Program-made: the position numbers and the translations under genes
Source: Chloroflexota bacterium
GTDB taxonomy: Bacteria > Chloroflexota > Anaerolineae > UBA1429
Direction: 5' to 3'
Length of the DNA: 64,000 bases
NCBI GenBank assembly: GCA_021372475.1
Contig: JAJFUJ010000127.1
Span: forward strand, 24,654-88,653
Shown: positions 57,393 through 64,000 of the stretch, piece after piece
Numbering within the stretch: the first letter of the stretch is position 1
Layout: every line of letters starts with the position of its first letter
The notes under the pieces: model-generated
What the model saw: the letters and a program-made list of their open reading frames with translations, nothing else
Told to the model about the DNA's origin: nothing
The model's database searches: none

Positions 57393-58017
57393 TATGATTA
57401 CGCTCGCACGTTTTCCAGTGCTGTTCCTTGCCATCATCCTGATGTATCTGCCGGGAGCGACGCCCAAGCTCATTGCAGCGCCAGTGGTTATCGTGTTGAT
57501 CTTGATGGACACTGTCGATGGCTGGGTAGCGCGAGCGCGTAAGGAAACCTCGCTGCTGGGCAGCGTGCTCGATATCATGGCCGACCGCTCCGTCGAAGTG
57601 GCGCTATGGATTTGCTTCGCCCACCTGCGCCTGGTTCCAGTAGTCATTCCGCTCATTTTTGCGGTGCGCGGCGTCATCGTCGATTCGTTGCGCAGCTTTT
57701 CAGTGGGCAAAGGGATGGCTCCCTTTGAGGGAATGCGTTCGCGCGCCGGACGTTGGTTGGTAGGCAGCCCATGGATGCGCAGCACCTACGGCATCAGTAA
57801 AGCCTTCTCGTTTACGGGATTGGCGCTGACTAACGCCTTGTACACCATGGCAAAGACAGGAGGCGCATCAACCAGTGCGGCAGCTACGAGCCACACTATT
57901 TTTACCATAACCAGTTGGGTAGCACTGGCGCTGTGCTTGCTGCGCGGTATCCCTGTCGTGGTGGAAGCTTTTATCTGGCTGCGCGAATACGATCATAAAC
58001 CGGACCTAGAGCCGTAA
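57385..58017 (+). CDS. CDP-alcohol phosphatidyltransferase family protein (PgsA-like).
   Basis: Signature D-G-x2-A-R...G-x3-D-x3-D (LMDTVDGWVARARKETSLLGSVLDIMADR); multi-TM. ATG at 57385 (MANMITLARF...); the ORF track starts at 57256 inside ribF. Confidence 0.7.
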   Translation: MANMITLARFPVLFLAIILMYLPGATPKLIAAPVVIVLILMDTVDGWVARARKETSLLGSVLDIMADRSVEVALWICFAHLRLVPVVIPLIFAVRGVIVDSLRSFSVGKGMAPFEGMRSRAGRWLVGSPWMRSTYGISKAFSFTGLALTNALYTMAKTGGASTSAAATSHTIFTITSWVALALCLLRGIPVVVEAFIWLREYDHKPDLEP

Positions 58018-60621
58018 CAGCTTTTCGCGCGCCTGACGCAAGTAGCGCAGTGCCGCATCAAAACCGGTCTCTTTACGCGAGAGAGCGATAAGGTGTTCGG
58101 TTTGCGCCACCAGTTTGGTCAGCTTGCGGCTTTCGGCATGTTCGCCCTTGTGGGTCAGCTCCTCGGCCTGGCGCTGTACGCGCTGCTTGAGCGCATTTAC
58201 GGCTTTGAGCTCATTCTGCAGCAGCCCCAATGCATCGCGCGATTGCGACTCGCCCCGTTCATACAGCTTGACGAGTTCCGTACAAGCGCCAAGGGTACGC
58301 TGCCAGGCGTCCAGCAGCGCTGGCAGGCTGTCGGCGGATTGGATGCCACGCTGCAGCTCCGTCACCTGCGCCCAGGCGCGCTCCGCATCGATATTCCAGG
58401 ATAGATTAGGCCAAAAGCTGGCAGCGCTAATCTCTTGCAGGCGGTCGCGTAGCGCCTCGGCCTGGGCATAACGCTGCTGATAGGCTTTATCCAGTTCCTT
58501 GAGCGCCAGCCTCCCCTCGACGATGTCGCGGTGTAGCTCCACCATGCGCTGTTCCAGGTCGGCGCTGCGCCGGCCGAGCGTCTGGCTGAGTATATAGGCA
58601 TTTTCGCGGTTGCCTTCGGCGGTCTGCTGCCAATCAGCGTAATCGGCCTTGATTTTCAGCACCAACGGCTGGACGACGGCCAGGTTCGAGATATCCAGGC
58701 GATCCAACTGCGCCCACGAGCGCGCGAGCTGCCGGCGCTCGTCCTCGTACTGCAACTGCAGTTGTTTGAGATGCGTGGCATGGGCGGTGCTCACTTCTTC
58801 GAGCTGCCGTTTGAGATAGGGCAGCCCAAAGCGCAATGCTTGATCGTACTCCGTCTGGCTTGGATCGAGCAGCTTGGCCGCTTCCTGGCGAATTTCGATA
58901 GCCAGCTTGACCAGCTTTTCGCGCAGTTCCACCAGCATGGAGCCCGAAAGCTGCTCGACGACCGGCAAATCCACGTAAAGCAGCAGCGCGACATCCTGTT
59001 CCACCTGCAGGCGCTGCTGCTCGATTTGCTCCAGCAATTCCCTGAGGCGGGCGATGCCCGTGCGCACATACTCGGTCCCGCGCTCCGCATACTGCAGCGC
59101 ATCGTAGATATCATCCAACTGCGTCTCGATAAATAGGCCGTCGCGCGTAAAATCCGCCGGCAGGCAGCTCAAGGCCAATTCGGCCTCGCGCTGCGAAAGC
59201 TCGATATTGCGCAGCAGTTCAGCTACCGCGGGCATATGCTTGGGATAGGCTTCGAGCTTTTCTGCGGCGAACTGCAGTTGACGGCGGTAAGGTGAGATAT
59301 CCCCGCGTTTGAGTGCGCTCCACAAGGCATCCACTGCTTGTGCGCGCTCCTCTATGGAAGCGAGCCGTTCATGGACCTCCGCTGCCTGCTGGCGAACCTG
59401 GCCGCACTGCTCCTGGCAGTGCGCCAACGCGGAACGGGTAGCCTGCTGACGTATGTCGCTGGCGGCAGCCAGGGCCGCAGCGGCTTCGTCCAGAACTGCA
59501 CGGGTAAAATCGGCGTGGATATTGATATAGCGCTGCTGCAGCTCATCCACCGCCGCTCCGGCCGCGTTGACCACGTCCGCCGCTGTATTCAGTTCAGCGT
59601 CCACCGCGGCGATTGAACCCTCCAGCCCGGCCAGGTCCTCCGTCAGCAGCGCAGCGCGCTCATCAAAAGCAGCGGCTTGGGCGTTTACCGTGCGATAGGC
59701 ATCGCGGGTACGCTGCCCCAGCCGCGTCTTGAGGTCATCGCGCGAGGCGGTTAAGCCCAGCAGCACCTCGTCGATATCCTGCTCGCGGAAGTTGCGGCGC
59801 TGCACAGCGCGCCAGCGTTCCTGCAAACGAGCGAGCGTTTCTTCCGCCTGCAGCAGAGCATCTTCGGCTGCGCGACGAAGGGCAGTGAGCGCGTCCAGAT
59901 CCTCGGCCAGGTGCGCGATGCCGCCGGCCAACGCGGCGTTCGGTTCGGCTGCACGCTCGAGCACAGCCGGCGCGATTCCGCCTTCGGCATCCAGCTCGTT
60001 CTGCAGCTTGTCAGCCTGAGCGCGTAAAACGCTAATGCCGCTCGAAAAGGCTTCCAACCCGACAGTGCCGGCAGAGCGTTCCTGCTCCAGGCAGGCCGAG
60101 AGCTGATCGAGCTCATAGCGGCGCAGCGCAAGCTGAGCGCGCATATCCGAGGGGATATCCAACACCTTCTGCCGCAAGGCTGCCAAGGCTTCGAGCGTGG
60201 TTGTCGCATCTCCCAGCAATTCGGCTAGATGACGCACTTGCTGCCACTGGCTGTAGGCAGCGCGCGCGCGCTTCCAACAGCGCAGGGTGATAACCTGGAA
60301 GAATGAGCACTCGGACAGCGCCGCGCAGCGCAGCGGTTCGGCCAGAACGCCGGACTCGTTCAGTTCCATCTGCAGGCGTGCGAGCTGTTCATCGGCAGCC
60401 TCCACCAGCGGTTGGTAAGGGCCGAAGCGCGGCTGCGCGCACCAAAATGCTTGATGCTCCGCCTGCGCCAACGTTACGCGGTCGTAATACGAGAGCACCG
60501 CCGCACGCGAGCGATATGAATGCCGCAGCGACCAGCCCAATGCTGCGGCCGCCAGCCAGGGCAGCACGCAGGCTAGCAGGTACAGCTCCAGCACGATCAG
60601 CAGAGGCTGCCACCACCTCAC
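58006..60621 (-). CDS. Very large (871 aa) hypothetical protein: an N-terminal transmembrane anchor followed by about 800 residues of predicted coiled coil (EzrA-like architecture).
   Basis: N-terminal hydrophobic helix (WWQPLLIVLELYLLACVLPWLAAAALGW). The rest is dominated by heptad-like A/L/E/R/Q-rich segments (e.g. LQAEETLARLQERWRAVQRR; LEQIEQQRLQVEQDVALL). No enzymatic motif recognised. Confidence 0.5.
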   Translation of the reverse strand: MRWWQPLLIVLELYLLACVLPWLAAAALGWSLRHSYRSRAAVLSYYDRVTLAQAEHQAFWCAQPRFGPYQPLVEAADEQLARLQMELNESGVLAEPLRCAALSECSFFQVITLRCWKRARAAYSQWQQVRHLAELLGDATTTLEALAALRQKVLDIPSDMRAQLALRRYELDQLSACLEQERSAGTVGLEAFSSGISVLRAQADKLQNELDAEGGIAPAVLERAAEPNAALAGGIAHLAEDLDALTALRRAAEDALLQAEETLARLQERWRAVQRRNFREQDIDEVLLGLTASRDDLKTRLGQRTRDAYRTVNAQAAAFDERAALLTEDLAGLEGSIAAVDAELNTAADVVNAAGAAVDELQQRYINIHADFTRAVLDEAAAALAAASDIRQQATRSALAHCQEQCGQVRQQAAEVHERLASIEERAQAVDALWSALKRGDISPYRRQLQFAAEKLEAYPKHMPAVAELLRNIELSQREAELALSCLPADFTRDGLFIETQLDDIYDALQYAERGTEYVRTGIARLRELLEQIEQQRLQVEQDVALLLYVDLPVVEQLSGSMLVELREKLVKLAIEIRQEAAKLLDPSQTEYDQALRFGLPYLKRQLEEVSTAHATHLKQLQLQYEDERRQLARSWAQLDRLDISNLAVVQPLVLKIKADYADWQQTAEGNRENAYILSQTLGRRSADLEQRMVELHRDIVEGRLALKELDKAYQQRYAQAEALRDRLQEISAASFWPNLSWNIDAERAWAQVTELQRGIQSADSLPALLDAWQRTLGACTELVKLYERGESQSRDALGLLQNELKAVNALKQRVQRQAEELTHKGEHAESRKLTKLVAQTEHLIALSRKETGFDAALRYLRQAREKLLRL

Positions 60622-60635
60622 GGTATCTCCTCCAC

Positions 60636-61769
60636 TTACCAGTTGGTCAGGCTGCCGTCAGCCCTAGAATAATGCGGCAGCTCCTGCATCCTGAACGGGC
60701 GTTCGAGAGCGGCGTTGCGGTCCAATTCCACGCCCAGGCCGGGCGCGCTGGGCGGCAGGATGGCGCCGTTCTGCCAGATCAGGCTGCTATGCACGACATC
60801 ATCTAACATAGCGCCCGGTTTTTGCGGCTGCTCCTGCACGGCAAAATTGGGAATGGCCAGGTTGAGGTGCACGCAAGCCGCCGTCGCGACCGGCCCCAGC
60901 GGATTATGCACCACCAAGTCGATGTAATGCGCCTCGCACCAGCCGGCTATCTTTTTGGCCTCGCTCAAGCCGCCGGCGATGCACAAATCCACGCGGGCAT
61001 AGTCAATCAGGTCATTATCGATAAGCTCGCGGAACTCCCATTTGCTGGCGAATTGCTCACCAGCCGCCAAGGGCACGCTGGTCTTGTCGCGCAGACGATG
61101 GAATGCCTGCGGGCTTTCGGCGCGGATAGGGTCCTCGATGAAGAACGGTCGGTACTGCTCCACCTCGCGGCAGAAGGTGACGGCATCGGGCGGGGAAAGG
61201 CGAGTGTGCAAATCGTAACACAGCTCAACCTCTGGACCGAGTGCGGCACGCACTTGGCGAAACTCCTCGAGCCCTTTGCGCATGGCGCGGGTCGGCTCAA
61301 AGATGTCGCAGCCGAGGTCGATATACCAGCGTATAAACTTCCAGCCCTCTGCCACGCGTTCGCGGGCGTGTTCTAGCAGCGTTGCGGTATCCGGGGCACT
61401 CAGGTGGCAGTAGCAGGCGACGGAATCACGCACACGGCCGCCCAGCAGGTCATACACGGGCACGCCCAACACTTTGCCCCTGATATCCCACAGAGCAATA
61501 TCGATAGCCGCCAGCGCTGAACCGAGGATGCGGTCATGCGGAAAGAACCCGCCGCGCGAGAGGGTTTGCCAGATAAACTCGATGCGCGCCGGATCCTGAC
61601 CGATGAGCAGCGGACGAAAATGGTCGATAGCACCCATCACCGCCAATTCACGCCCCGTCAGGCCGGCCTCGCCGAGGCCGCAGATGCCGGCATCCGTGTC
61701 GACGATCACAAATAAAAAGTTGCGGCTGCCCCCCCAGACCGGATAACAGGTTACAGCAGTGATTTTCAT
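60636..61769 (-). CDS. Enolase-superfamily (MR/MLE) dehydratase, D-galactonate/D-mannonate dehydratase-like.
   Basis: MKITAVTCYPV...FLFVIVDTDAGICGLGEA N-terminal capping domain; barrel-domain metal ligands (…CYDLHTRL…, …FIEDP…, …IAGG…). ATG at 61769; a TTG at 61781 is the ORF-track start. Confidence 0.8.
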   Translation of the reverse strand: MKITAVTCYPVWGGSRNFLFVIVDTDAGICGLGEAGLTGRELAVMGAIDHFRPLLIGQDPARIEFIWQTLSRGGFFPHDRILGSALAAIDIALWDIRGKVLGVPVYDLLGGRVRDSVACYCHLSAPDTATLLEHARERVAEGWKFIRWYIDLGCDIFEPTRAMRKGLEEFRQVRAALGPEVELCYDLHTRLSPPDAVTFCREVEQYRPFFIEDPIRAESPQAFHRLRDKTSVPLAAGEQFASKWEFRELIDNDLIDYARVDLCIAGGLSEAKKIAGWCEAHYIDLVVHNPLGPVATAACVHLNLAIPNFAVQEQPQKPGAMLDDVVHSSLIWQNGAILPPSAPGLGVELDRNAALERPFRMQELPHYSRADGSLTNW

Positions 61770-61898
61770 CGGCACCCCCAAGTATTTGCGCTAGTGTAAA
61801 GCAGGCGGATAAGAGTGTCAAGGCTGCGTGTTCCTTCGGGCGTTGACAGCGCACCCGCCTGCCCTATAATTGGCTGGATAACCTGTTCAAGAGGCATA

Positions 61899-62957
61899 AT
61901 GGGTATACCTGAGAGCGCCTATTGGTTAGCGACATTGGGTTCAGCAAACCTCAAGCGTGCGGCAGCTAAACAGATTTTATACCGCTGGTGTATTGGGCAA
62001 GGGAAACCCGCCTCTACCCTGGCAGAGATGACGGCAGAGGATACCGCAGCACTGGGGTTGGAGCAAATCCAACTCGAGGCACTGCGCGCCAGCCTGCCCC
62101 AGGCTACAGGGCACGCTGCGGCCTTGGCGCGGCTTGCGGCACAAGGCATTCAGGTGCTCACCCGCGACGACAGCGCCTACCCAGAAGCCCTGCCACAGCG
62201 CCTGGATGAAGAGCGCCTGCCGTATATCTTATATTATAACGGCAACCTGGAACTGCTCTGCCAACCTGGGATCGCCGTAGCTGGCTCAGGCCAGCCTTCC
62301 GGCGCCGCTGTGGCCTTTGCGCGCAGTCTGGCTCAAGAGCTGGCTGCGGTAGAGTGCGTATTGCTGAGCGGTTATCACAAGGGAATCGAACGGCTTACCG
62401 CCGAAGCTATGCTGGAGAGCGGTGGCAGTGTTATTATTGTTCTACCGCTGGGTTTGTGCGCCAATGCCAGGCTGCTGGCTGACCTGAACGCTTTACTGCG
62501 CAGCGGGCGGCTGCTGGTGCTCAGTCCGGCGACCTGCGATGCCCCCTATTCGGATGCGCTGGCAGCGGCGCGTCTGCCCCTGATTGCCGCGATGAGCGAA
62601 CTGCTGTTGGCGATCGAGCCGGAGCAGCAGCCTGACGGCTGGTTGCAGGCGCTGCGCCCGCCTTTGCCGGCCACAGCCTTCTGGCAGGGCGCCGGCGCCC
62701 CAACCGCTCGTGAGTGGCAGACCCAAGGCGCTGCGTTGGTCAATAGCGCCGAGCAAGCGCTGACTATCTGGCAGGATATCCGCGATGGCGCAGGGTACGC
62801 GCCAAAACAAGATGAATCCGCAGCGTTTACTTACGACCCTGCGCCCATCACTTTCAGCGATGCCGATTCGGCCATCGCCACTTTGAGCCAAAGCGGCACG
62901 GTGCCCGATGTGCTGGCGCGCCGGCTGCGCGAACGCGCACCCAAGTGGGGCAACTGA
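61899..62957 (+). CDS. DprA/Smf-family (DNA processing protein A-like Rossmann fold) protein, divergent.
   Basis: Central region ...YYNGNLELLCQPGIAVAGSGQPSGAAVAFARSLAQELAAVECVLLSGYHKGIERLTAEAML..GGSVIIVLPLGL... parallels the DprA consensus (GNxxLL..xIAIVGSRxxSxYGxxxAxxLAxxLAxxGxxIVSGLAxGIDxxAHxxAL..GGxTIAVLGxGL). ATG at 61899 preceded by AAGAGG and a TATAAT at about 61866. Confidence 0.45.
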   Translation: MGIPESAYWLATLGSANLKRAAAKQILYRWCIGQGKPASTLAEMTAEDTAALGLEQIQLEALRASLPQATGHAAALARLAAQGIQVLTRDDSAYPEALPQRLDEERLPYILYYNGNLELLCQPGIAVAGSGQPSGAAVAFARSLAQELAAVECVLLSGYHKGIERLTAEAMLESGGSVIIVLPLGLCANARLLADLNALLRSGRLLVLSPATCDAPYSDALAAARLPLIAAMSELLLAIEPEQQPDGWLQALRPPLPATAFWQGAGAPTAREWQTQGAALVNSAEQALTIWQDIRDGAGYAPKQDESAAFTYDPAPITFSDADSAIATLSQSGTVPDVLARRLRERAPKWGN

Positions 62958-62966
62958 GGAGGCCGT

Positions 62967-64000
62967 ATGCAGCCGCGCGAACGCTATCTGGAAACGCTGC
63001 TCTTTGGGCAGCCTGACCGCATCCCACTCACGCCCGGCTGGCCGCGCGAATCAACCCTGGCGGTCTGGCATATCCAAGGATTGGCGCATGATGCGTTCTT
63101 TCTCCGCGCACTTGCCGAGGAACTCGGCCTGCCGCTGACGGCTTTCGAGACCACGGCAGCCGTTCCGGTCTCCACTAGGATGCTCCCCACTTTTGAAGAA
63201 AAGGTGCTGGCCCACGAACACGGCCATTACATCGTGCGGGACTGGATGGGTGCCATCACCGAGATTGCCGATACCTACGACTATACCTATATCCGCAGCG
63301 CCAAGGATTTCGTCACCCGCAAGTGGCACCGCTTCCCCGTGCAGAGCCCGGCCGATTGGGAGCAGCTTGCCTGGCGTTATCAGGCCGACGCGCGCGAGCG
63401 CTACCCGGTTGATTGGGCGGCTGTCAAAGCAGAATTGGAGGGTTCAGGACAGGCGTTGGTGCTCTCTCTCAACGGGCCGTTCTGGCAGATGCGCGAGTGG
63501 CTGGGAATGGAGGGGTTGTGCCTGATGATGGCCGACCAGCCGCGGTTTATTGCCGAACTGGCCGCGTTTTGGCAGCGCTTTACCTGCGAGGTGCTGGAGG
63601 AGACGCTGCGGCACATCCGGGTGGATGCGGTGCAGCTCTCGGAGGATATGGCCTACAAGGCACATAGCATGATCTCTCCCGCGATGGTGCGCCATTTTCT
63701 GCTGCCCACGTACCAGGCCTGGCATGAGCTGACAACAAGCTATGGCTGCCCGATTCTGGATATGGATTCGGATGGCGAGGTGAGTGAACTGATCCCTTTG
63801 TGGGTGGAAGCGGGCATCAACGTCTGTGACCCCATGGAAGTGGCGGCAGGCAACGACATCGCGGTGGAGCGCAAGCGCTGGGGCAAGCAAATGGCCTTCC
63901 GCGGCGGGTTGGATAAACGCGCCCTGGCTGCCGGAGGCGACGTGATGCGCAGCGAGCTTGAGCGCGTGGTGCCGCCGCTCCTGGAGCTGGGCGGCTACAT
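62967..64000 (+). CDS. Uroporphyrinogen decarboxylase (URO-D) family protein, the second paralog in the window. 3' end truncated by the window edge.
   Basis: ATG at 62967 preceded by AGGAGG. Open to the window end, which is why it is absent from the ORF track. URO-D-family features (…LSEDMAYKAHSMISPAMVRHFLLPTYQ…DMDSDGEVSELIPLWVEAGINVCDPMEVAAGNDI…), similar in pattern to the 34260..35459 protein. Confidence 0.6.
   Translation, partial: MQPRERYLETLLFGQPDRIPLTPGWPRESTLAVWHIQGLAHDAFFLRALAEELGLPLTAFETTAAVPVSTRMLPTFEEKVLAHEHGHYIVRDWMGAITEIADTYDYTYIRSAKDFVTRKWHRFPVQSPADWEQLAWRYQADARERYPVDWAAVKAELEGSGQALVLSLNGPFWQMREWLGMEGLCLMMADQPRFIAELAAFWQRFTCEVLEETLRHIRVDAVQLSEDMAYKAHSMISPAMVRHFLLPTYQAWHELTTSYGCPILDMDSDGEVSELIPLWVEAGINVCDPMEVAAGNDIAVERKRWGKQMAFRGGLDKRALAAGGDVMRSELERVVPPLLELGGY

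Overview
High-GC (~60%) bacterial chromosomal window, densely coding, probably from a Chloroflexi-like lineage; the lineage call is inference from gene content and order only.

Main blocks, in order:
- An almost complete division/cell-wall (dcw) cluster from mraZ to ftsZ, followed by nrdR. Its layout is non-canonical: no murE, two CvpA-like membrane genes between murG and murC, and murC-murB placed after murG.
- A TPR protein gene and a tRNA-Val next to a low-GC patch.
- A minus-strand block: Prx-like gene with an in-frame TGA, Rieske oxygenase, P-type ATPase and two trkA genes.
- An SDR gene followed by a putative sugar catabolic operon (FucI-like isomerase, class II aldolase, FGGY kinase).
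- UroD-family and SAM methyltransferase genes, then birA.
- A DUF2089/GNAT/DUF4097 module.
- The pstSCAB-pstB'-phoU phosphate transporter operon.
- A tgt-like gene overlapping an ArmA/Rmt-family 16S rRNA methyltransferase homolog.
- The nusA-ylxR-infB-rbfA-nrnA-truB-ribF cluster.
- A very large membrane-anchored coiled-coil protein, an enolase-superfamily dehydratase, a dprA-like gene and a second UroD-family gene truncated at the window edge.

No rRNA, CRISPR array, transposase or phage genes were recognised.

Observations most worth a second look:
1. A probable selenocysteine-containing thioredoxin-fold (Prx-like) gene that the ORF track splits at an in-frame TGA, with a hairpin just downstream.
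2. A ~240-bp repeat with terminal inverted repeats, in two same-orientation copies, each immediately upstream of an operon promoter.
3. An aminoglycoside-resistance-type 16S rRNA m7G1405 methyltransferase homolog overlapping a divergent tgt-like gene.
4. The rearranged dcw cluster and an MraZ operator-like repeat.
5. An 871-aa EzrA-like coiled-coil membrane protein.

All functional calls come from motif and family recognition by eye. No database searches were run.
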